A stretch of 63,059 bases of DNA, the filler included, from Sluysia triapertura (lineage: Eukaryota), in NCBI GenBank assembly GCA_046118255.1. It is 5 parts of 5 records of this genome, joined end to end, with 100 filler letters (N's around TTAATTAATTAA, not from the genome) between each part and the next. Parts side by side here need not be neighbours in the genome. Positions count along the whole stretch, not along the records: positions 36,184 to 49,845 come from JBJNIA010027282.1; positions 49,946 to 63,059 come from JBJNIA010058542.1; 3 more parts are not named here. One strand, 5' to 3'. The position numbers and the translations under genes were made by a program. The notes beneath the pieces are model-generated. The model did not search any database. It worked only from the letters and a program-made list of their open reading frames with translations, and was not told where the DNA came from. Positions 38,766-51,582 of this stretch are shown in pieces; the stretch's first letter is position 1, and the number at the start of each line of letters is the position of its first letter.

Positions 38766-41589
38766 AATTATGACCATCATTATTATTATTATCATTATCG
38801 ACACCATTAACCCATAAACAAATTTCAACTTAACACAACACAGTTATTAAAAAATATCAACAAATAACAAGTAAAATCAGGAAACACTAATAACAGAATA
38901 CAACTCAATAACTAATGCAAGTGTTTCTTTTAAAAACTTGATTTTACTTACAAAATGTCTAAGGAGTCGATTTGCCTAATATATATGATTTATACCACTA
39001 TTGGAGACGTATTAGTAGGAATTTTATCACTGAACTTAATTCACTTAAAAAAACTCTTTACTTATGACTCACGCCTTATATGACTATGTCTAATTACTTG
39101 GAACTCTTTAATTAATTTGTGATAAAAACCCTTACGAGGTGCTTTTTACTTGAAATTATATATTTTATAACTACGCAACCCGTATTAAGGTGTTGCTTAA
39201 GAAAATGATTTTATAAGTTTATTAAGTGAAAGTAAAAATGATCCTTATAGAATAAAATAAGATTTTAACCTTAGTCCACCAACGTACTAAGCTTACCAGT
39301 TAGGACTAGCCGTTGGATTTTTACTATAATGGAAAATGATTTTCACCAAGGAAAATATCTTAATGTTTGCTTAAAAGAATGCTTCTAAAGTTAAGATCTA
39401 TAGGTATTTAGTTCGTTTTTCAAATTTATAAGAACAATTAAATCTAGATCTGGAGGTATATTAGTTAAAGCACTGAAAACCGTTTGTAATTTTAATTATA
39501 ACAATGAAAATCGTTTATAAATTATTTTACGGAAATCCTATTAAAAGGATTGATTTTTTGAAATAAAGGATTTTACGTTGTCAAAATTATACTTTGACTA
39601 AAACTTTACTTATAATGATAAATTTAAGTATTTTAAAACTAAGAAAATTAATATCTATTCAATAATAATAAAGACGTTTTTTGTGAAGGTATATTTATCA
39701 AATACAACGAGGAAATAGATTCAATAATAAGTTTATAAAATTTTTCAATAATTAACTATTAGTTAATTAAATCTTTAGATAATTAAAAAAAGGACTTTTC
39801 GCGAAACTGTTAAAAGTTTCAAAGTATTGTACTAAATGTATTTTAAGTGTAGTTACGAAGATACTGATTTAGTATCGAACGTTACAAAATTAATTTATGG
39901 AAAGCCAAGATTGATTAAAGTTGTGTTTAGAGCTAAGTTATCCGATATACTGTGTGCAGCTATATCTAAAAAACTTGTACAAAACTCGGAGGACTTGTAT
40001 AAATTTTTCGTGTTTGTCTGTTAAATTTTTTTTTGTGTTTTTAATGTAAAAAATTTGTGACTTTTATACTTATTTTAGATCGACCTTGGCTTTCAAATAT
40101 TAAATTAAACATTTGTATAATGCTTACCTTTTTAAATTAATTCCAATTCAAAATTTATATCAACTAATTAATTAAATTAATTCCAATTATTTTAATTGTC
40201 TTAAAAGTCTTAAATAGTAACGTTTTCAAAGTTTTAACGGAAACTCAACATGTCTACGATGTTATAGAAATGTGCAAAGTAGAAAACAGTGTTGAATGTC
40301 TTAATGGTAATGACTTTACAACGAAATCAAAAGTGAATGCGATTTACGTCACTTGAATCTCCATTGTTTCCACAAGTAGTGGGATGGGATTTTCCAAAAC
40401 ATAAAAATTTATGTTTATATTTTATGTTTAAATTATATTTTGTGATTTTCACATCAATACATATAAAGTTTTTGTATTTTTCTAATTTGTTATTAAAGTC
40501 TTTTAAAGAGATTTTAATTAAATTTGGTAATAGTTGTCTAGTACATTTTTGTAATTACATTTTAATAATAATCTTTCCTAAAGTAAACATATTTCATTTC
40601 AATAATCGTAAGGACCTCAAGTCAAGTTTGAATTTCAATTTTAATTTTGAATTTTCCAAGAACCAAGTAATACTCCAGCCATTACACTTATTATATCAGG
40701 TAGTTGATAACTTACAAATATAAGAAATTGGTTTATTCATTAAAGAATGCATCCATAATGCCTATACACTTTTACCATTCAAGGGAAGGTTTTGAGGTTG
40801 GCAGTAAACTCTTGGCCGACGAATTAAAATTAAAATTAAAAAGTTTTTCGAAAATTGTAAAATTATTATTAATTATAATTTATTTTGTTATTATTACTTA
40901 TTATTATTATATTAGAATATAACATTATTTAAGCATATCCCAAACGGTTCACATGGTCATTCAAGCAAACATTTAAAACTAAATTTTTTAACTATAACCT
41001 GACAGTAAACAAATTTACCCTATAAATCATCTGTAAACTCAAACAATTCACATGAATATCACATTAAAACAAGATTAAAACATCATTTTACATTCACACG
41101 TTCTTAGATCACGGAAAACCAACAGTTAATCACATTTTACAATACCCAATTTATTTAACAAACTCATCCTACACGTCATGTAAAATTGAAATAAATTATC
41201 GTTACACAATATTAAAACGTTAATGCAACATAATTTAGCAAATCCACTTCATATCACACGTTTAGAAATCACTAAATAATCTCTTATATATGATCATAAA
41301 ATTCACAACCGTTTCAGTGCTGCGAATTTTCTGATATATGTGCTAAAAGGCGACAGGGCTTCGTCGCACTCAAATGGTTAAACCAGATATCCAAATATGA
41401 TATTCGTATACCAAATTTGATACATGTAGGTTGTGTAAAGTTTGTCACAGATATTGAATACTAATTTTCCCTTCTGTTGATAAGCAGCGCAGAACCAAAA
41501 TTGTAACCAAAATGATGGATTGAATAGAATAATATTAGAATCGAATAAAAACAATATGGTGGATAAAAATGATGCTTATGGTTGTACTG

Positions 41590-41785
41590 ATGCTAGTTTA
41601 CATACTAGTAATCAGCCAATAGAACATTCTCGAAGATTTTATTTTATTTTTAGAAGCGAATTTTCCTTTTTCGAAAAATAAGTTCTTTTTTGAAAAATAA
41701 ATATTTTTAAAGTAATTTTAAAGATTTTAAAATATTTTAAAGTGATTTTAGAGGGTTATGATGACAACGAACTATATTACAATAA
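41590..41785 (+). repeat. Dispersed repeat, copy of 9280-9435
   Basis: See 9280-9435. Confidence 0.6.
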
Positions 41786-42576
41786 GAGTTGAAACTTAAT
41801 GATGGGCTTTATTCAACACAATTACGAAAAATAGATAAAACTACTGAGATCCAAAACATACAGAAATCATATTTATTGAGAATGTGATAACACAATTTAC
41901 TACAAATCAAATATGTACAAACTATTATATCAGTACTTTGTTTGCTCTCCTTGTCATCAAATGTGTTTCGAAAGTTGTCATCAACCCTGTTCTGAACCAT
42001 GCATACCTTGTATATGTTTTAAGTGTTACAGTAGCTCGTCAAGCTCAACAGAATATACTAATAGTCAACATCAATGTAGAACATAGTAAATCATTATTGT
42101 TTTTAAATATCACTTGCCAAAAGATTCAATGAATAAATAAATGCGAAACGAAATTTAAATTTAAATTTCATGCTCAATTTCATTAGTGAAGCCAATTTTA
42201 AAACGTTCAACGAAAACGTAATGTAAAATGGCTTAATCTTTTATATAGAGCAACGAAAAAGACTAAAGAAACTTAGAAATACGAAAATAATCAATATATC
42301 ATATTTTGTCTATATTGCGTTTATCATTTTTAGATTTATAAACATAATTTTCTAAATAAACATGTATCATTGAAGTTATTTTGATACATTTATTCTTTCA
42401 TGAACTCGAAATAGTTGTTAAATTAATGTGTAAAACTTAATTTTATAATTAACTGCAAGTGAAACTTATTTTTTAATTTTTAATTTAATAAATAAATTAT
42501 TCAATAGATATTAAAAAATCAATTTTATTTGGAGTTGTACTTTGGTTATCAAATTTATTAAATTGCTACTTTATTT

Positions 42577-43530
42577 ATGAAAACATTACAAATCTTGGTT
42601 TTGATTTTCATAATAATTGCTGGTATAGTGATTCTTTTATATTATTCACTCATAATGTCGAGTTCTAATAAATTTCAATTGAACAAAAAGGTAAAATTAC
42701 CAAATGGCAATCAAGCATTTACTAAACCATGTTATCAAAATTTGTTACCAAGACACGAAATGTTGTTGATCTATGTGAAGTATAATATAAATACTATGAA
42801 ACCTAATTCAAGAAATATTGTATCATGTTGTGAAGTTATATGTAATCAGTTCGAAAATTATTATAGTAATGATGAATGTGAACTCATTATAGAAAAGGAG
42901 ATTTGTGATTGTAGTTCATTGTGCAAATTTAATCAAGAAATATGTCAGCAAATTAATCACATATGTTCTAAGTTACGTGTAAGTACAAATAAACTTTCAA
43001 AATCTAAATTTAATTATTATCGAATGAATCGAAAATATTCATTGACTATTTTAACTACAATTGCTATTGTGATGCTATTATTTAATTTTATTCACATTAT
43101 TAAATTAATAAAAGATCCACTATCAACACATATTTACGAAATTTATTATTCAATTACAAATAATAAGTCTTATGCTTTGTTCTATTATAACACTAATTGG
43201 AATTACTAAAAATAAATTTTTCGAAATTTATTGGATACATTACGATCATACTTGCCCATTCGACATAGACAATAAGCCATTTGCATCAGGAATGGAAGTT
43301 TTTGTCATTATTACCACACGGCCTGCGATTCAAGAATTACCGAACAACCTTAGTTTATCGGCAACTGCACCTGTTGACAATAATATTTTGTTAACTCTTT
43401 TTTTGTTAATTTTTTTCTTGTTTGCTATAACAATATAATAAAATATGTTCGTTTTTTAGATGGCCGAATGTGCAACTTCGATGGAGATACACACAAAAAC
43501 CACCATTAACCCCAAAAAAGACTATTATAA
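42577..43530 (+). CDS. Hypothetical Cys-rich single-pass membrane or secreted protein
   Basis: N-terminal hydrophobic segment and a Cys cluster (C..CC...C...C...CDC...C...C...C). An intron at 42979-43114 (cgt|gtaagt...aaag|atc) joins the 210-aa ORF in frame to ORF 43172-43438 and yields a TM-like stretch IIQLQIISLMLCSIITLIGI. The last exon is uncertain. Confidence 0.55.
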
Positions 43531-43710
43531 ATAAAATTTTATGTTTAACTTATTTGTTTTATTTTAATTTTAATTCTAACGATTTTTTTGAAAATTTAAA
43601 TTTAAAGATTTAAAATTAAAATTAGATTTATATTTTTATTCAAAATTCAATCCAATGAAGTTTAATTTATAAATTGAAAATTAGTAAGTATTATCTTGTA
43701 TATCAACAAA

Positions 43711-44062
43711 ATGCAATCATCTCGCAACCAAATTGGTACCAGGAGACCAAAAGAAAACATATTCCCCCAAAATTCTAATAAATATATTAATGGTAAGTGT
43801 TGCATTATAAATAATTTGACTGCAAAAAATAATCATACAATTCGGAAATATTCTACTTATTTAGGTTATGGACGCTACTTTTACGAAAATCTAAGCAACG
43901 CTGATTGCTTAGTGATCCATGCACCATGCGATGTATCAAATGACATGTTGACAAAATTGAAAATACAGACAGTATTTTCTATTCGAAAAAGTTTTTAAAA
44001 TGTACATTGAAGATTTTGAAAGTGAATGTGGTTTTGTTGTGTTCAAAAGAAAAATTTTTTAA
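43711..44062 (+). CDS. Possible spliced hypothetical protein fragment
   Basis: MQSSRNQIG... with donor g|gtaagt at 43793 and acceptor tttag at 43864, then GYGRYFYENLSNADCLVIHAPCD. No family recognised. Confidence 0.3.
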
Positions 44063-47000
44063 TAAAATCTGTTAAAAGTCATAGATTGGCCACCACAATT
44101 TGATTTATGATTTAACATTTCTTGGTTATAATATTTCACTTTTATTATTTTGATTAATAGTTCTGTAATAGGTATGTTTAATTTAATTTCAAATCTAATC
44201 AAATACTAGTAACTGCGCTGCAACAATATTAATGACAACTGTAAGATTTGTCAAAATAAAAAATATCGTCGTTGCATATGAACATCAAGGTACACTATAT
44301 AGTTAATTATTAGAAAGTAATTTAGTTAATAAAATATCAATAAATTTTGAATTTTTCTTCAAGTGCACTAGAACTTCATGATAAAATATTAACACATGAA
44401 GTCTTTTCAGTAGATTTTCTGCTTTATCTATTTGCTCAAAGTAATAGTAAAGTTTTAATTAAAAGAAAAGATAGTACAGTCAATCATGTTCAATATAAAC
44501 ACTCGCGGACAAATTTTTTCAAATGTTCACATTAACATAGCAATAACAAAGATTTCCAGAAAAATTGTATTTATTATACCTATTTATTACAATTTTTATT
44601 TCTTTGACACCTAATAAAAAAGCCTACATGTTTCTTCTTGAATTTCATCAATCAGATCCCACATTTTGTTTATCTTATCAGGAATGTTAGCTTGATAGTG
44701 TTTTTCAAATTTTTTTGCATACTTATAGGCTTCGTTTCCTGTCACTACTGCCTCTTCAAGAGAACTTTCTTTTTCATTCTTTCTACTATATCAAATAAGA
44801 GATGTTCATCAAATTTTGGATTAATCCCAAAACAGGAAAAATCATCACATTCGGCATTCACTTCTTTAACTTACTCATTTGTATTTTTCATGTTCATAAA
44901 AGACAGTTAAAAATGAATATTTAAACAAAAAATTGGAGAAATTATTAATTTATTTTACAATAATTATAGTTCATTGTTCAAAATAAATCATACGTTTTCC
45001 AATAATTCTTGACTTAAATGTTCATATTAAGCAGAGTTGATATTGAACAAGGTTGAAAAATAAAAATATTGAATTAGTTTAAAAATTAAGTATTCCAAAA
45101 TTTTTTTACAACATATTGTGCTGATTTTTTAAATTTTTGCCTGTTTATGACAACTTCAGATGAATTAACAGTGAATCAAATAAAGCATATCAAAACACCA
45201 GCGAAAATAATTCCATTGAAAGTATTTCTGAAGTAATCGATACTAGCAATAAAAATTCAATTAAAATAAAAAGATTATTAGTTTCAAATGAATTATAGAA
45301 AAAGATAACTAATCATCCAACAATGTTTGTATTTTCATGAATAAAAAGAACTAGATCATGAAAATAATAATTGTATTTCGATATTGTTAATAGGCATATC
45401 AAAAAATGTAAAATTGTTAAATTTTAAAGAGAAGTGTATCTGGCTACGAAGTGAAAAAATCCTATATTCTAATCCCGGTTTTAAGTTAGGCTATAGAATA
45501 AAAATAATTGATCCAGGATATTTTCCTTTCTGTGGTATATTTTAATTATAGTACAATCTAACTATAAAGTTTAAATTATAAACTTTAGAATAATTTAAGC
45601 AACCACTTCTCACCGTCGATATATGCGCACATGACAACTGAACGTCATTATTCATGAGAATATAATAAAATAAATACACATTTCTAAAAGATATATCCAT
45701 TAGAAAGTCATATTTTTCTAAATATGTTCCTTTACTTCTTATTATATACAATATTAATTTTGATTGTTGTTTAATATTCAAAGTTAATAAACAATTCAAA
45801 GCTTATAAATGACGTTTGTATTCATTAAAAACCTAAACCTTATTTTAATTTCTAATGCGACAATTTTCAAATCATTAATAACTTATTCATTCATTAAATT
45901 AATTAGTATATTTCCAGTAGTAACACAACACATATAAATGTTAGTACTCGAATTACAAATAAGATTCAACCATTACTGTTTGTGTTATTTCATAGCAAAA
46001 GTAAGATTGTTTATTATTAGAAAATTCGTAGTAAATCTGGAAATCGACTTTATAGCACATTTAATCCTTAGAATTTGTTTTAAACCGATTAATTTTAATT
46101 ATTAAAATTTAACAATGATTCCTGTCTAATTTCCAACTTATTTTCATCGAACACATATCTCCATGTAATGCAGTTGTGACGTGCAATTATTTATTAATTC
46201 AGTATAGTAAAATCAAAATTTAAATTAATCATTTTAACAATATTTATTGTTACAATAATACATCAATTTAAATTGAATATAAAATTGATCATATATGAAA
46301 CTTAATTCCATAATAACTTTTTTACAATGTCTTGCGATGGCTCACTCTTCAACTTATAATTTTAACATTTACATATGAAACGTCTTACATTTCCACATCA
46401 TTTCCAATGCTATCATCGCTCAAAACAATTCTAATTTTTTATCACTCGTTTTCTCCTCATTAGTCTCAAAATAAATCATTTTAACTTTAATCTAAATATT
46501 GAAAGAACGTTATCTTTTTCTCAGATACCGTAATCTCGCTGTAATTATGTAACCTAAGATGTTATACCATTGTTTTTATTGTGTTAACACCATGTAATAA
46601 CAATGACAGCAATATAATAACAGTAAAAGTTTTAAATAAAATAATAATAATATAATTATAATTTGCATGTTTTTTAATTAGGCCATCTAGGCCCGCCTTA
46701 ATAATTCTTAAAATTATTTATTGAAAAAATGATCCTTACAGGATCGTGAAAAATTAAACGTTAAAAATTTCATTTTGTTGTTTAAAAATTTTTATGTAAA
46801 TTAAAAAAAAGTGAAGTAAAAAATTTTGGTCATAAAAATAATATTAGAAAGTACTTTATAAAGTTTGTTAAGCAGTAACTCATACGTAATTGTTAAATAA
46901 TGATAAGCCTTTTAGTACAAAATTTGTGCTTTATTTCGTAATTTATTTGATTTTGTTACAACGTCAGAGTAGGTGTGGTCTATACTTGGCTTTAGGCACA

Positions 47001-48437
47001 TTTGTATTCTCAAATATATTTTCTTGTAATAGCGCGTGATCACCGATAAGAAAATGCATGTATAAAATGATCTCATATACTATTATTACACATGATCATT
47101 ATAACACAAATTTAACTTTACCAAAAAGAAAATTAATTAAAATGAACCATTTCACGTTATCTGTGCAGTCGTGTTTCGTACTATTTCGATATTCATAACA
47201 CTGATAAATTTTATTATTATTATTATTGAGTTAATTAAATGCACTTTTAAATTTTTGAAAGTTAAAACTTTAAAAAGGTTTTCTTTCTCTCGTTTTATTT
47301 ATTTAAACAAATCATTTAACTACCACATCATATAAATATAACTAATTCATTGTATAGTTTTTCAAAAAATTCATTGTACTTTTAATTATCTTTTATTTCA
47401 ATCTCATTTTCTTCATCTGCGCTTTATCCTTCAGCAATCCCAACAAATTAGTTTAAGTAATTTATTTGATTTTAAATATGGTTGCAGAGCATGTTTTTTC
47501 TGTTAATTATAAATATTATATGTATTTATTCAATTATATGCATGTTATTATTCATTTTCCATGCTTTACTGATGACTATATTTGACACTAAATAATTTTG
47601 TGTGTCAACTACATGCGGTAGATTCTTAATCACTTCGTTTATGTACGTTTTCAAATTTCTGATTTTAGTGTTTATGAAGTCATTTATTGAGTTATTTAAA
47701 ATATTTTGATAATTCTTTTATTCTTTTTAACTTCTGCTTGAGATCTTGATATTATAAATTAATCTTTTTCTTTTTGTACAATTTTATATTAAAAATAATA
47801 TAGTAATATTTATAAATAATTGTAGAACAGTTGCAAATTTGACACAATGCTTGAATGGTATGCTTGTAATCACACATTCCTTCGAAAAATACCAGCAATA
47901 TGACTCTTTCATCTCGATTTTATTGTCATTCTGATATTGGCTTTAGCGACTACAAGAACTTGATAAAATACAATATTTTCAAATCAAAAAATAGCTTATC
48001 TTATCAAATTATATTTTATATATAATGTAAAATATTAAAATAGAATTTTGTTTATCAGATTTGAATTTAATTTTAATTTTAACTTCACATTTAATCTCTT
48101 TGCGATGTAAATCGTTAAGCTAGCTCAATTTCAATTTTCTTCTATTATCTAATTTTCTAGATTATTTCATTTTTCGGCAACAATTTTTTCCCATTAATTT
48201 TTTACTTTAAAATTTACTTTAAATGATTTTCTTTTAAAGCTTTATTTTAACGAAAATAGAAGCTGTAATTAAAATGTACTTGGATAACAATATAATTTAC
48301 AAAAACAATTACAAAAAAATGGAAAAAATTAATTTTTCAAAATACATTGATTTTGTCAATATTATATTTATTTATAAATTATATTTTAAAAAATATTTTA
48401 AAAATAAAATAACAATAAACAAATCGTTGTAATTTAG

Positions 48438-49017
48438 GTCCATTGGGAAATAGTCGAATGTTAAAGACCAGTTCTACTTTATTAAATTTAATGCCAGATA
48501 AATCGATAGAATCTTGTGATCTGAAATGGAATTTAAATTGTTTAGAAAATATTAAACAAAATAATATACTTGATACACTTATACCGACTAAATATGGAGT
48601 TATTTATATAGTAGAAGATTTTACTGCAGTCCGAGGTTTGTATTAAATATAACGTTTCATTAATTTTAATAATAATTAATAAATAAAGTTAAGATAATTG
48701 AAAATGAAATAATGATAATTTTAATAGTATTTTAATCATATGAAGCGCAGGTAACTGTGACTAGGAAATATTATTGTATTATTCTAGTATAGCTAAATTT
48801 TTAAGTCAATTAAAAATTATACGAGAAACATTTTATTGAATGATATATAAAATAAATTATTTTCACTAAAGCTTTGAAATTTTTTAAAACATGTAAAATA
48901 CGAATATTTACTTTTTATTATATGTATAACTTTCCAGATCAAACTATGAATCCTTCTGTCAGTCCTAGAAACTTCACTGTGCGTCTTGTAAATAGAGATA
49001 TTCCTCAATATATCAGG
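48438..49017 (+). CDS. Two phase-compatible internal exons of an unidentified gene
   Basis: tttag|exon ~48438-48635|gtttgt and ttccag|exon ~48938-49016|gtttaa join as ...YIVEDFTAVR-DQTMNPSVSPRNFTVRLVNRDIPQY. Confidence 0.35.
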
Positions 49018-49945
49018 TTTAATTTTTGTAATATTTAGAAATAATAAATTGCTTTAATATAAAATATTAATAATATCGATTTAATGCAAAAAATTAGCAT
49101 TAAACAATTTTAAGAATATTTAACTTTCATATAATATTTATTTTCTTTACCATTTAATTTGCAAAAAATAAAATATTGTTTTAATATTTGTTTTAACTAA
49201 CTTAGCACGAAATTAACAGTAATTTATTTTTTTAAATTTTTAATCAAAATAAAGTATAATTATTTAATTAATGTAAATTAAACAATAAATTTTTCTTTTA
49301 TTTATAAATCGGATTTAATTAATGTCAATTAAATGAGAATTTATTTCGCTTTAAAATTGACTTGTTTGTTTTCAATCTATGTATAAAATTATAATATTAA
49401 TTCGACAGTTAATAATCTTGTAAGTAGTGTTAATTTGAAAACTTGCTCTATTCAATGTCAACTTCATTTTTTGCAAAATAATCACTTAGTGACAGAAAAT
49501 AGAAAATTTAGAGATACATTAACATATCAGAGATAATATATATTGACTGAAAATATTAGAAGTAATAGTCGCAGATTTTAATTACAGAACAAGTATTGTG
49601 CATTCATTATAAATATATTAATACACTTTTAGTGATATGTAGTGAATCATATTATATAATTTTCACTTCAAAGATGACGAAATTGCAGATAAATATACAG
49701 CTCTCGTAAATATAAACTAATGCTTCCCATAACATTTTACTGTAATTATTTATAGTTGCATAAATTAAAGATTTTTTTATAAATTTCTAATGATGTATTT
49801 ATTTTATATTCAATCTTTGCATATTTATGGTTTTTATTAATAATTNNNNNNNNNNNNNNNNNNNNNNNNNNNNNNNNNNNNNNNNNNNNTTAATTAATTA
49901 ANNNNNNNNNNNNNNNNNNNNNNNNNNNNNNNNNNNNNNNNNNNN

Positions 49946-50015
49946 GTGGTGTCAAACCTTTTTGCTTTACGGGCCGCATGATTTGCCTCCGCGGGCCGCC
50001 ACTTTGACACCACTG
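49946..50015. mobile_element. ~70-bp hAT-type MITE
   Basis: TIRs GTGGTGTCAAA (first bases lost at the contig start) and TTTGACACCACTG, with internal cgggccgc repeats. Confidence 0.8.
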
Positions 50016-51500
50016 CTTTAAAGTTATTATGTATGAAATTAAAATTATGTTAAGTAAAGATTTATTAAATGATTCAACAAACGTTAGTCATACCTTTGAA
50101 CATTTTAAACATGTTTATGTTAAAGATTTATCTTCAAATAATTTAGATTTTATTGTATTTTATTTAGTTTCCGAATCAATATACGAAAAACTTTGTAATC
50201 AAGTAATAGGTGACAAAGGTAGAATGATTTTAGGTAACTTTTATGTAACGTTTGTCTTTCGATTTGATAGATATATTATTATCATTAATAAAACTAGACA
50301 TTTTAAAATTATCGTATATATAAATAACATTACGTTACTAAGAAGTTGTTACTAATCTATAAGTTTTAATTGTACTGAAAGATGATTTAAAAGTTACAGT
50401 AAAGAATTATCAAATCGAACTAATAATTAATTTATGAAATATCAGACATTTTGACACTTTTAAACCATTAAAAGTGTTGTGTCTGACTTTTTAGATTGAA
50501 GTCTAATAAATAACATGTTTAATGATTTAGTTTTGATACAAAGCTTGTTATTCCAAGAGTTAATGCGATTGCAGACTATCATGATATTAGCAACATTATT
50601 ATCAGTGACTTTTGTTCATATTCTAAGCAAGTCGCTTTGCTACTTTTATTTGATTTAATCAAGTTTCATTGTAAGTATATTATTAGTTTTAATAAAGTTT
50701 TAATGTATTTATGTTGTTATAATTTGAGTATCTGAAACCTTGAACTAAAGTACGTATTTTGTAAAGGCCTTAAGCCAGATTTAATAACCACTTTTTTGTT
50801 AAAGGCCCTAAGTCGTTTTGTTCATATTATAAGTGCCTTAGGCGCCATCGTGACTGTTTTAACAATAATTTTAAAATCACCTTTAAATAAATTGAGTCAT
50901 GATTTAATTACACTTTATAAATTACAAAATCCCCCAAATTTAAATATATTACTACATAAAAATCACTCTAGATGTACGTTATAATTAAATAAAAATAAGT
51001 AATTGTGTAATTTTTGTACAAAATATTAAATGTCTCATTTATAATGCACTATTAATAAATATTTATTTATATATGCAAATCACACCATTTTTCGACCAAT
51101 AAGTAATAAATAATATTTTAATATAAATGTAATAAAAATTGCTTTGTAATAAATCTAAAACTTTATTTATTATTTTATTTTTATAAACTATTCGGAGTAG
51201 ACTACGTTTTATTTTACAATATTTTTTTGTTAAATTGAAAGGGGTTACTTAACTTTTGATTATTACAAAACTATAACTTTACTAAGCTTCTAATATTTCG
51301 ATTGCTTGAATTATCGTACATACTGTCATCCTTTGAAATACAATTAGTAATATTTATTTCATTGTATTACAATGATCAATTTATTGTAAATATTATGAAC
51401 TTCCAAATACTCCGCATATATAATTATAATTAACATTAATTAAACTGTATTTAAAATTTATTTGGCCATATTATGATTTAGTTATATATTCATTTAGTAA

Positions 51501-51582
51501 CTATTAGTTTGTATTAGTTTGTATTAGTTTGTATTAGTTTGTATTAGTTTGTATTAGTTTGTATTAGTTTGTATTAGTTTGT
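51501..51582. repeat. 10-bp tandem repeat (GTATTAGTTT) x8
   Basis: Seen directly. Confidence 0.95.

Noticed and set aside
45430-45495. FN3-like NLKPGLEYRI motif on the minus strand
   Set aside because: It is flanked by stops, and I could not assemble a consistent exon chain.
51501-51582. Telomeric repeat
   Set aside because: It is a short, internal 10-mer array that matches no telomere motif I know.
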